DNA from: Patescibacteria group bacterium
Lineage (GTDB): Bacteria > Patescibacteriota > Minisyncoccia > UBA6257 > GWB1-50-10
DNA length: 64,000 nt
Direction: 5' to 3'
NCBI GenBank assembly: GCA_040757555.1
Contig: JBFLWN010000006.1
Coordinates: forward strand, 5,748-69,747
Part shown: positions 28,218 through 36,352 of the stretch, piece by piece
Numbering within the stretch: position 1 is the first letter of the stretch
Layout of the letters: each line of letters opens with the position of its first letter
Position numbers and translations under genes: made by a program
Notes under the pieces: model-generated
What the model saw: only the letters and a program-made list of their open reading frames with translations
Database searches by the model: none
Told to the model about the DNA's origin: nothing

Positions 28218-28536
28218 GGGGGTGCACGTATCGACAGAGATTATATGTATACATAGCAGGTCGAGCTGAATATCTCGAAAACTGTTCAACAAATTATAAC
28301 TGCCAATTTTAACGCAGTCCCCGCGCTCGCTTACGCGTAGTACGGCATCGGCCCTTCAGGTCTCATAGAGGATCACCGGTGTTATAATGAGAACCGCTCA
28401 GAGTATGGATCTACTTCGCTCCATCCTGAGTTAAATAACGCAAAGTACCATTGTTCTGAACTTTTAGTTCAAAAACTAAGCTTGTAGAATATGTATAGAT
28501 AAATTTTTGGAAGAGGGTTCAATCTCTCCACCTCCA
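28218..28536 (+). ncRNA. ssrA: tmRNA (ssrA), ~319 nt, standard non-permuted form
   Basis: Immediately downstream of smpB. 5' end GGGGGTG...ATCGACAG (tmRNA 5' consensus-like). 3' tRNA-like end with T-arm GAGGG-TTCAAT-CTCTC and acceptor CACCTCC pairing to GGGGGTG with G3-U70 (alanine identity); discriminator A. Internal tag reading frame GCC AAT TTT AAC GCA GTC CCC GCG CTC GCT TAC GCG TAG (28302-28340). Terminator aaccccttagtggggttttt follows. Confidence 0.7.
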
Positions 28537-28549
28537 CAAATAAAACCCC

Positions 28550-28768
28550 TTAGTGGGGTTTTTGTTTTTTAACTTCTACAACAAGCGTAAATATAGAACC
28601 ACAACGACCACATTCATATCTTGTTTCTGGATAGTGAAAAACAACTGGCTTTCCACAGCACGTACGAGATTTATATGGAACTAGTTTCCCCATCAAAAGG
28701 TCTATAATTCTTTCCACTGTGGAGTGTAATTCTCTTCTTATCTCTCTAAACTTATCGTTTTTCTCCAT
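28550..28768 (-). CDS. small zinc-ribbon-like protein (4 Cys), hypothetical
   Basis: 72 aa with two Cys pairs (RTCCGKP ... ECGRCG). Its stop lies inside the bidirectional terminator hairpin shared with tmRNA. Confidence 0.35.
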   Translation of the reverse strand: MEKNDKFREIRRELHSTVERIIDLLMGKLVPYKSRTCCGKPVVFHYPETRYECGRCGSIFTLVVEVKKQKPH

Positions 28769-28880
28769 TTTCCTTCCCTACTTTATTTTTGTACTAATAA
28801 AAAAATAAAACAAAACATATATTATGTCAATTACTCATAATTTATTTAAAAAAAATCCGCTGTTTTGGCGGATTTTATTT

Positions 28881-29177
28881 TTAACCACATTTTCCACAGT
28901 GTTGACCAACTCCTTCAACATAATTTTCCCGAAGATCAACGTTTGTGCCATATGTATGTTCTGTTTCGTTTCCACACACTACACAAAGCTCAATCTCGCG
29001 ACCGGTAACTTTTGGCCCATTGTTTTCAACAGAATAATTTATTCTTTCTTCAATGCATTTTTTACAGGCATATACCACCGTACAAGGCGGAACAAGGTTT
29101 TTATCATGACGCACCTCAGAAGGAACTTTTCCACAATCCATACATAGTGTAACCCCAAGAATATTTTTAGGTTCCAT
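28881..29177 (-). CDS. Cys-rich multi-zinc-ribbon hypothetical protein
   Basis: 98 aa with four CxxC pairs (CMDCG, CKKC, CVVCG, CGKCG), suggesting two zinc-ribbon or rubredoxin-like knuckles. Terminator atccgctgttttggcggat at 28853-28880. Confidence 0.4.
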   Translation of the reverse strand: MEPKNILGVTLCMDCGKVPSEVRHDKNLVPPCTVVYACKKCIEERINYSVENNGPKVTGREIELCVVCGNETEHTYGTNVDLRENYVEGVGQHCGKCG

Positions 29178-29280
29178 TTCTACCTCCTTCCTCTTTTTAA
29201 TAAATAAGCTGAGATTATAATATTCCCAACAATCTATAGTGTCAAAAACAAAACCCCAAGTTTTTGGGGTTTAAAATACT

Positions 29281-29724
29281 TTAATCGAGGATAAAACACT
29301 CGGCTCCATCTCGAATTTCAAATCGTTCGAGTGTCGCGCGTATTTCCGCTGTTTCTTCTTTTGAAAATAATCGATGTGCAGGATGTTTAATTGGCATTAT
29401 AACAACTCCCCCACCAATCGAAATAACTGCACTATGTGCGTTTTTTCCACGCGCAAGAATAATATCGGGGCGTACTGTATCAATCCTTTTTTGAATATGG
29501 GAAATAATTGGCGGGAGATTTGAAGACGATGTTTTCCCTATGGTCGGATTTGCGTTTGTAAAATAAATCTTGAATTTCTTGGGAGGAATAATTTCCCCGA
29601 AAAGACGTTTTCCGCTAAATGATGTTTTAAATTTCTTTTTCCAAATACCGGGGTTCCATTTTTCAAATCCTTCTTTGGCCCATGGGTTTTGAAGCACTAC
29701 GAGAAGCCTGTAAATTCTTTCCAT
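29281..29724 (-). CDS. hypothetical protein, possibly a divergent uracil-DNA-glycosylase-superfamily fold
   Basis: 147 aa. C-terminal ...ILARGKNAHSAV...IMPIKHPAHRLF resembles UDG motif B (HPS/HPA followed by R/F). An N-terminal LQNPW could correspond to motif A. Weak, memory-based. Terminator aaaccccaagtttttggggttt at 29245-29268. Confidence 0.3.
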   Translation of the reverse strand: MERIYRLLVVLQNPWAKEGFEKWNPGIWKKKFKTSFSGKRLFGEIIPPKKFKIYFTNANPTIGKTSSSNLPPIISHIQKRIDTVRPDIILARGKNAHSAVISIGGGVVIMPIKHPAHRLFSKEETAEIRATLERFEIRDGAECFILD

Positions 29725-29882
29725 ATCTCCACCTTATTGTTTCAAAAAACTATCAAAAGATTATCCCTTTCTCATTGTTTTGTAAATAAACAAAACACAC
29801 TTGATTTTTGGTGTATTATTGACCTTCTTCCGCTCTTCCTTTATAAACAAAGTAGTACTGAAACAAATAGGAGTGAGAGAAT

Positions 29883-30428
29883 ATGAATCAGTTTTCGAAC
29901 ACCCCGTCACAAAACACGCGTATATTCACCATACCGAATATCATTACATGTATTGGTATTCTTTTTGCCGTGGGAACCGGATATTGTGTGTTTACAAAAC
30001 AATACCTATTGGGATTTGTGTTTTTTATTATTAGTGCAATTTCGGATTTTTTCGACGGATTCACTGCGCGACACATTGAAAAGAAAAGGCCCGGATATGG
30101 AACTTCGCGGGTCGGGGAAATACTTGATCCAATACGAGACAAACTTCTCATCCTTGCGGTGGTGTTCATAAATCTGAAAATCGGGGTTCTTATTATTATT
30201 GCAGAGTTGGTTTCAATTCTCGCATCATATTTTGCCCGTGAAGCCGCTGGTCACCACGTCATCACAAAAACAAGTAAGTTTGTTACCACCGTGCAATTTA
30301 TACTTGCTCCCATATTTTTTTTAACACAAGAAGAATTTCTGTTTTTTCTATTCCTTATATTCTCCTGTCTTCGAGGAATAAGTTATCTTTTTGAATTTGA
30401 AAAACATAAAAGAAAATCCCCTCAATAA
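29883..30428 (+). CDS. pgsA: CDP-alcohol phosphatidyltransferase (PgsA-like phosphatidylglycerophosphate synthase family)
   Basis: Signature D-x2-D-G-x2-A-R-x8-G-x3-D-x3-D, read as DFFDGFTARHIEKKRPGYGTSRVGEILDPIRD. 181 aa with multiple TM helices. Confidence 0.7.
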   Translation: MNQFSNTPSQNTRIFTIPNIITCIGILFAVGTGYCVFTKQYLLGFVFFIISAISDFFDGFTARHIEKKRPGYGTSRVGEILDPIRDKLLILAVVFINLKIGVLIIIAELVSILASYFAREAAGHHVITKTSKFVTTVQFILAPIFFLTQEEFLFFLFLIFSCLRGISYLFEFEKHKRKSPQ

Positions 30429-30445
30429 GGGGATTTTTACTATTT

Positions 30446-30976
30446 TTAATTCTGAAATAATGAAAGAAGATATTTTGTTGCTTGATAACTGAGTCTTGTG
30501 GAATAACGCCCAAGAAATTCATTTATCACCTGATTCGGGTGCCGAGTTTTAAACTTTTCTTCCGAAAATTTTGGATTAATCTTTTTTACAATTTTCGAAG
30601 TAATAGGAATAGAAAAATGTACTAATTTTGATTTTTTTAGATCTGCAACAAGTACGGGATTTTTGGGATCGCTTCCGCTTTTCTCTTTAATAAAGAAATA
30701 TCCTATTAAATACTGTCTTCCCCTCCAAAGTGTCCGAAAAAAAAGATAGTCCCCAGGACGTATTACTCTCCTTAATCCTTGGTGACAAACACTGTAGGTC
30801 CCATTCTTAAAGTCTGGATCTTTTTTGATGTAATAATTAACCCCCTCTTTCTTTTTGGCCAATGAGCCGAGAAACGGATCATTTGTTCTTTTCCCATTTG
30901 CACTTATCCTCATAATTCCTCTCTCAAACGTGCTTTTATTTTGATCAGAAAAACATGGGGTGATAATACCAACCAT
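30446..30976 (-). CDS. hypothetical protein
   Basis: 176-aa ORF, basic, with no motif I can assign. Confidence 0.3.
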   Translation of the reverse strand: MVGIITPCFSDQNKSTFERGIMRISANGKRTNDPFLGSLAKKKEGVNYYIKKDPDFKNGTYSVCHQGLRRVIRPGDYLFFRTLWRGRQYLIGYFFIKEKSGSDPKNPVLVADLKKSKLVHFSIPITSKIVKKINPKFSEEKFKTRHPNQVINEFLGRYSTRLSYQATKYLLSLFQN

Positions 30977-31061
30977 AATTATCTCCTTTTTGTTGTAAAA
31001 AACTATCTATAGCCTATCCCCATCTCTTTTCTTTTGCAATTCTCGGTGATATGATGACTCC

Positions 31062-31562
31062 ATAGAACAACGAATAAACAATCAAATAACCGCTCCGGAA
31101 CTCCGTGTAATCGGTGAAAATGGGGAGAATCTCGACATCATGAAGCGCGATGATGCACTTGCGCTTGCATATGGGAAAAATCTCGATCTTATCGAAATTG
31201 CCCCAACCGCAAAACCCCCGGTAGCACGCATTATGGATTTTGATAAGTTTCGATATCAAAAAGAGAAAGAATTAAAAAAACAAAAACAATCGCAAAAAAA
31301 TTCCGAATTAAAGCAAATTCGTATTACCCCACGTGCAGCACTAAATGACCTCCAGATAAAGGCGGCAAAAACAGATGAGTTTTTAAAAGCGGGACATAAA
31401 GTAGAAATTAATCTCTTCCTAAAAGGGAGAGAGAAAGCAAATAAAGAGTGGGCATTGAAAAAACTTCGTGAATTCCTCACCCTTATTAAGGAACCACATC
31501 AAAACACAACAGAACCAAAACAAGGAGGAAGGGGGTTTAATATGCAGATAACGAAGAAATAG
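31062..31562 (+). CDS. infC: translation initiation factor IF-3; the reading frame is open from 31050 and the protein must start at a non-AUG codon (ATA/ATT) upstream of the ATG listed at 31140
   Basis: ORF-track product (from 31140) is the IF-3 C-terminal domain. The in-frame upstream extension encodes ...IEQRINNQITAPELRVIGENGENLDI, the conserved IF-3 N-terminal domain (I.APEVRLIDENGEQLG). Candidate starts are ATA 31062/31074/31086. infC classically uses AUU/AUA for autoregulation. Confidence 0.8.
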   Translation: MEQRINNQITAPELRVIGENGENLDIMKRDDALALAYGKNLDLIEIAPTAKPPVARIMDFDKFRYQKEKELKKQKQSQKNSELKQIRITPRAALNDLQIKAAKTDEFLKAGHKVEINLFLKGREKANKEWALKKLREFLTLIKEPHQNTTEPKQGGRGFNMQITKK

Positions 31563-31630
31563 TTCCACATCTGTTTCTTAAAAACCATAAAACCACATAC
31601 GTGGTTTTATGCTGAAAAATGAGTGTGGGG

Positions 31631-31659
31631 TTGCAATAATTTCAAAAAAAGCGTAGAAT
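31631..31659 (+). promoter_or_regulatory. sigma-70-like promoter TTGCAA - 17 nt - TAGAAT upstream of rpmI, preceded by hairpin aaaccacatacgtggtttt (31589-31610) after infC
   Basis: -35 TTGCAA 31631-31636, -10 TAGAAT 31654-31659, 17-nt spacer. The upstream GC hairpin plus T-tract is consistent with the known internal terminator/attenuator architecture of infC-rpmI-rplT operons. Confidence 0.45.
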
Positions 31660-31678
31660 TTCTCTCACGTAAGCCTAT

Positions 31679-31849
31679 ATGAAAAAAAGTATTACACAAC
31701 GGATAAAAATTACCCGAACGGGAAAAATAAAGCGCCGAGCGACTACGCTTGGGCACTCTCGGAGTAATAAAAGCAGCACCCAATATCGGAGGAAAAAAAG
31801 AAGTCGTGATCTTTCCATGGCAGTGAAAAAAATTATCATGTACGTATGA
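31679..31849 (+). CDS. rpmI: 50S ribosomal protein L35 (56 aa, below ORF-track cutoff)
   Basis: Translation MKKSITQRIKITRTGKIKRRATTLGHSRSNKSSTQYRRKKRSRDLSMAVKKIIMYV matches L35 (basic, KxTGTGKxKRR...). Stop TGA overlaps the rplT ATG (ATGA). Confidence 0.85.
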   Translation: MKKSITQRIKITRTGKIKRRATTLGHSRSNKSSTQYRRKKRSRDLSMAVKKIIMYV

Positions 31850-32193
31850 CACGCGTAAAACGAGGGACAATCGCTCATAAAAAACGAGAACGATTACTCA
31901 AAAAAACAAAAGGATATCGATGGGGAAGAAAAAGTAAGGAACGTGCGGCAAAAGATGCACTACTTCACGGGCTCTCACGATCATTCAAGGGAAGAAAAGA
32001 AAAAAAGAGAGAATATCGATCATTATGGCAGACACAAATAAATGCCGCGACACGAATAAACGGAACAAAATACAGTACGTTTATGAATAACCTCAAGAAA
32101 AAGAATATACTGATAGACCGAAAAATACTCGCCCAAATCGCAAAAGAATATCCAGAGGTATTTAAAAAAATTGTAGAAGAATCACTAAAATAA
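31846..32193 (+). CDS. rplT: 50S ribosomal protein L20
   Basis: MTRVKRGTIAHKKRERLLKKTKGYRWGR... is the canonical L20 N-terminus. 115 aa. Bidirectional terminator ctaccccgatgtacaccggggtag plus T-tract at 32199-32232. Confidence 0.9.
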   Translation: MTRVKRGTIAHKKRERLLKKTKGYRWGRKSKERAAKDALLHGLSRSFKGRKEKKREYRSLWQTQINAATRINGTKYSTFMNNLKKKNILIDRKILAQIAKEYPEVFKKIVEESLK

Positions 32194-32225
32194 AAAACTA
32201 CCCCGATGTACACCGGGGTAGTTTT

Positions 32226-32762
32226 TTATTGTTCATTTTTTATATGTATATTTTTGGGCCGCGAACTATCTCCCCCTCGCTCACGCACAGTAGTGCTCTT
32301 TTTTTGTTGGTCTATATGGCGATGCGATAATCCCTTTTTTCGGACAATAAGATCGTGGGCATTCTTCAAATTCTTTTTTAGGTTCGGATGGATAAGCATA
32401 CGAAGAGCGTCCCGATAGAGAAACCATCCATATCCCTGTTGTTCTGGATCGGGAGGAAGACGAACGGTTACTTTATCTGTTTCGGCGAGATAATAACTTA
32501 CTGTTTTAAAAACTTTTTCTTTGTCTTTAATAAAGGTAAACCTATCTTGAACCCTGAACCAGTCAATAAAAAGAAGGTCTTTTTTTCCTATTCCCGTTTC
32601 TTCATACACCTCACGCAACGCGGCGGGGAAATTTTTTTCTCCTTCATTTAATTTTCCTTTTGGAAAATTCCAATATCTTCCGCGATGATATAAAAGTAAA
32701 AATTTCGGGCCCTCGCTCGTCATGCGATAAATAATCATTCCTGCACTTATTTCTTTTGTCAT
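32226..32762 (-). CDS. NUDIX hydrolase
   Basis: Nudix box GKLNEGEKNFPAALREVYEETGI (Gx5Ex7REVxEETGI). 178 aa. Confidence 0.75.
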   Translation of the reverse strand: MTKEISAGMIIYRMTSEGPKFLLLYHRGRYWNFPKGKLNEGEKNFPAALREVYEETGIGKKDLLFIDWFRVQDRFTFIKDKEKVFKTVSYYLAETDKVTVRLPPDPEQQGYGWFLYRDALRMLIHPNLKKNLKNAHDLIVRKKGLSHRHIDQQKKSTTVRERGGDSSRPKNIHIKNEQ

Positions 32763-32773
32763 ATATAAATAAT

Positions 32774-33442
32774 TTATCTTCCGAGATTTATGGGGGTGTG
32801 ATCACGAAACGTCTCTGTTTTTTCTGAAGTTGTTTTTGGAAGAATAAGGTGAGGCACATAAAAAAGAATAAATGCTCCCGCAAATGATAGTATTCCTACA
32901 AGAACAAATATCGCTTGAAACCCAAAAACCCCACCAATTACTCCCCCCAGAAGAGCAGTGATTCCGTGTGCAAATCCAATGGTAGTACTGCTGAGCGACC
33001 AATTAAATGCTGCGTGAGTCTTATCAACGTGTCGGGAAAATATTGCAGACCACGAAGGGACATAAAGACCCATGGCAATCGCATGTATAAATTGAACCAC
33101 ATAAAGCCCCACAACGGTATGTATTGTTAAAAACATCATGGCTGAAAAACCAGCAAGTACCAATCCAAACACAAGTGTATAGAAATCATCTTTTTCGCCC
33201 TCACGCTTATCTATGAGAATAGCAACAGGAATTTGGATAAACGACTTTACAATCCAATAAATTGCCGACGTCATCCCAACAGTAATGAGTGTTGCCCCAA
33301 CAACATCTTCAAGAATAAAAATCGAAAAAATCGGGCCAATGAGTCCCCACCCCCCCAAAAATATCAGATCGGAAACAACAAAATATTTTACTACTTTATT
33401 TATTTTAAGATCTCCAAAATCGACATGAAAATGTGTGTGCAT
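32774..33442 (-). CDS. 6-TM MFS-like half-size membrane protein
   Basis: 222 aa with six hydrophobic helices resembling one six-helix bundle of a major-facilitator transporter. No partner half is adjacent (upstream is the Clp ATPase). Confidence 0.4.
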   Translation of the reverse strand: MHTHFHVDFGDLKINKVVKYFVVSDLIFLGGWGLIGPIFSIFILEDVVGATLITVGMTSAIYWIVKSFIQIPVAILIDKREGEKDDFYTLVFGLVLAGFSAMMFLTIHTVVGLYVVQFIHAIAMGLYVPSWSAIFSRHVDKTHAAFNWSLSSTTIGFAHGITALLGGVIGGVFGFQAIFVLVGILSFAGAFILFYVPHLILPKTTSEKTETFRDHTPINLGR

Positions 33443-33454
33443 ATATTTTATATA

Positions 33455-36034
33455 TTACTCTTTAATGTGGAATACAAAATCAGATCCTTCATACACCAAC
33501 AAAATAGTGTTCCCTCTTCCGACTTCTTTTTTTAATATTTTTTCTGCGAGTACCCCGCGAATTTTTTCGGAAATCACTTGTCGAAGAGGACGAGCACCAA
33601 ATACTGGGCTGTATCCAAGCTCCCCAATTTTTTGTATTGCACTTTCTTCTACATGAAGCGTGATTCCGTGGACCTCACGGAGAAGTTCGGCCACTTCATG
33701 TACCAACAATCCCGCGACTTGCTCTATTTCTTCCCTGTTAAGATTCCTAAACACAACAACGTCAGAAAATCTGTTGATGAGCTCCGGTTTAAAATAGTCG
33801 GTAAGCTTCTTCTTTAGTTGCTCCCCAATTTCTTCAATTGTTTTTCCCCCCTCCACCTCCTCTTTTATAAACTGTGAGTGTGCGTTTGATGTCGCGATAA
33901 TAATAGTATTCTCAAAATTTACCGTTCTTCCTAATCCATCACTCAATCTTCCATCGTCAAAAACCTGAAGAAAGATATTTAATACATCAGGATGTGCTTT
34001 TTCAAACTCATCCAACAAAATAAGGCTGTATGGTTCCTGCATCACCCCATCAGTAAGTGCCCCACTTTTTGTTCCGTCGGGAGTTCCGATAAGCCTAAAA
34101 ATACTCTGTTTATCTTGGTATTCTGACATATCAAACCGTTGCATTAAGTCTTTTGATCCAAATTGTATTTTTGCAAGTATCTTTGCAAGCTCCGTCTTTC
34201 CAACCCCAGTTGGACCAACAAATAAAAACGTTGCGATTGGCCCCCCCTGGCGCGAAAGTCCGCTCCGATATTCGCGAAGCGCTTGCGCAACATTACGCAC
34301 CGCAACCTTTTGATTTATTAATTTTTTGTGAATTATCTCTTCCAAATTAAGAAGTTGTTCCGCCTCCAGCCCAGATGCTTTTTGTATTGGGATCTTGCTT
34401 TGTTTTTCTGCAATATCAATCACAAAATCTTGGGTGAGAACTTTTTCTTTCAAGTGCTCCGCTTGTACAATTGCCTCTTTTAAAAGATCTGACGCACTTC
34501 CCGGAAGGAGTTTATTTCTAAAATACCTATGCGCCAACTCGACGGACTTTCTAATTGCTTTAAACGTGATAAAAACCTTAAAATCGTTTTCAAGAAAAAT
34601 ACTACGATATACCAGGAAGCGTGTAGCTTCTTCTTCAGAAATTTCATCAATCTGAACTACATCAAATTGATTTAAAAAGTCTGTACGGGGTTCTATATAT
34701 GATTTAAACTCTCTCGGATAGGTATCTCCAATAACAGGAATTTCTTGGTTTTCAATTATTGGCAACAAAAGATCTATCACGTTAATCGCTTGAGTTGTGG
34801 TGGTTCGAAAAAGATCATGGATGTTTGGAATAAAAAGCACAATATTCCCTGCGCTTACTATATCTTGAACCATTTTTTGCATTCGATCAGTGAGTTGTTC
34901 TTGTGTTGCACCGGAAATGAGTTTTGAGATGTCGAGTGAAATAAGTCTTTTATCAAACAACACCTTAGGAACATTATCTTTCACCATTTGGAGCGCCAAG
35001 TGTGCAACAATAGTTGATTTTCCTGACCCTGGATCGCCTACCAACAAGACGTTTGGTTTTCCGGGGCGAGAAATAACACGAAGAATTTCTTCATATTCTT
35101 GATCGTGACCAATAAGAAACCCAATCTTTTCTCTGCGCACCATTTCGGTAAGATCGCTTCCATATTGATCCAAAAATGGTGTTGGCCGCGACGTCCAAGC
35201 TCGGTTTATCACCCTCTTTCGTATTGCTTTTGACTCATATACAAGACCACCTAAAAATGAAGGGAGACTCTTAATCCCCGAAAGAAAGCGAGTGTATCTT
35301 CCGAAAATAATCGCCTCTGCAACATCACCAGGAAGAATATTAAAAAGATTTAATGTTTTTTGTATGGGCGAATATCCACTTGATATGATTGCGGCAAACA
35401 CATTCCTGGGTTCTATATATTTTTCATGAACTGCACATGCGTTGTTATATGCCCCTTCCGCAATTGAGGAAACTATCTCATATAATTCCTCTTTTTTTCT
35501 TTTTGTTGTCGAATCAAGGTGTTGAGAAATCTTTTCTGCAAACTCCGCGTGACGAATATCAAGCCGAGTGAGAACTTTCTGTATGTCTCTTCTCTTTATG
35601 AGTTCCAAAAGCATAACACGATAAGGATCTTCTCCCGTCATAAATGAACGGCGAAACCCATAACCAAGTATTCTGTATGTGGGGGTGGTACACGCGAGTG
35701 CGATGTTTTGATCTTTTTTTTCTTTTATTTCTAGAATTGTTTTCTCACCCTTTCGCGCATGAAGAAGTCTGTCAAAAAGAAATATTCCAAGAAGAAGAGA
35801 AAACCAACGAAGCGATTCGATGTCAGAAAAAAACAAAAGCACACAAACAGACACAGAAAATATGTAGGCCGAATAAGTCACAAAACGCACGGTAGTTTCT
35901 CCAATACCAGATAAAAATAATCGCTGTTCTTTAAAATAAATATTCATATGATTATGAGGTGAGTGTTTTATATAAGAGAAATAGTGGAATAAGAAACCAC
36001 AAAACATAGAGAAGAACAGCACCAATAAATACAC
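33455..36034 (-). CDS. ClpB/ClpC-like double-AAA+ chaperone ATPase with an N-terminal hydrophobic (transmembrane) extension; probable start at Met30 (35947), just after the stop of upstream ORF 35952..36296
   Basis: AAA1 Walker A VLLVGDPGSGKST; AAA2 Walker A FLFVGPTGVGKTELAKILA; sensor-2 GARPLRQVISEKI; short inter-AAA linker (no long ClpB M-domain); no IGF/LGF ClpP loop seen. A Clp_N-like repeat (IEPRNVFAAII) lies between the TM region and AAA1. The first ~100 aa contain 2-3 hydrophobic helices. Confidence 0.75.
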   Translation of the reverse strand: MYLLVLFFSMFCGFLFHYFSYIKHSPHNHMNIYFKEQRLFLSGIGETTVRFVTYSAYIFSVSVCVLLFFSDIESLRWFSLLLGIFLFDRLLHARKGEKTILEIKEKKDQNIALACTTPTYRILGYGFRRSFMTGEDPYRVMLLELIKRRDIQKVLTRLDIRHAEFAEKISQHLDSTTKRKKEELYEIVSSIAEGAYNNACAVHEKYIEPRNVFAAIISSGYSPIQKTLNLFNILPGDVAEAIIFGRYTRFLSGIKSLPSFLGGLVYESKAIRKRVINRAWTSRPTPFLDQYGSDLTEMVRREKIGFLIGHDQEYEEILRVISRPGKPNVLLVGDPGSGKSTIVAHLALQMVKDNVPKVLFDKRLISLDISKLISGATQEQLTDRMQKMVQDIVSAGNIVLFIPNIHDLFRTTTTQAINVIDLLLPIIENQEIPVIGDTYPREFKSYIEPRTDFLNQFDVVQIDEISEEEATRFLVYRSIFLENDFKVFITFKAIRKSVELAHRYFRNKLLPGSASDLLKEAIVQAEHLKEKVLTQDFVIDIAEKQSKIPIQKASGLEAEQLLNLEEIIHKKLINQKVAVRNVAQALREYRSGLSRQGGPIATFLFVGPTGVGKTELAKILAKIQFGSKDLMQRFDMSEYQDKQSIFRLIGTPDGTKSGALTDGVMQEPYSLILLDEFEKAHPDVLNIFLQVFDDGRLSDGLGRTVNFENTIIIATSNAHSQFIKEEVEGGKTIEEIGEQLKKKLTDYFKPELINRFSDVVVFRNLNREEIEQVAGLLVHEVAELLREVHGITLHVEESAIQKIGELGYSPVFGARPLRQVISEKIRGVLAEKILKKEVGRGNTILLVYEGSDFVFHIKE

Positions 36035-36296
36035 ATATATAAATTGCGGTTGTTATCACAAGACGGACAATACGAAATAAAAACCCAAACACATATCCAA
36101 TAAAGGAATAATCACCATAAAGAGGTTTAAAAAGATTTTTTGCAGTAATTTTCCACGCAAAAACCCTATCCATTGACTCAAATCGATTAATGACAAAATT
36201 AAGATACATTCGAATGCTTTTCACATACCAATGTCTTAAAAATTCAAATATTCTATAAAAAAACCTTTCTATGAGATAGACTGCGGTAAAATTCAT
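35952..36296 (-). CDS. hypothetical membrane protein (overlaps the Clp ORF 5' region in another frame)
   Basis: 114 aa with a C-terminal hydrophobic region (YSFIGYVFGFLFRIVRLVITTAIYICVFIGAVLLYVLWFLIPLFLLY). Its stop at 35952 abuts the likely Met30 start of the Clp ATPase. Confidence 0.3.
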   Translation of the reverse strand: MNFTAVYLIERFFYRIFEFLRHWYVKSIRMYLNFVINRFESMDRVFAWKITAKNLFKPLYGDYSFIGYVFGFLFRIVRLVITTAIYICVFIGAVLLYVLWFLIPLFLLYKTLTS

Positions 36297-36352
36297 AATA
36301 ACTCAACTTATATTTAATTATACTCAACAAAATAGGAAAGCGCACTTTTGCC

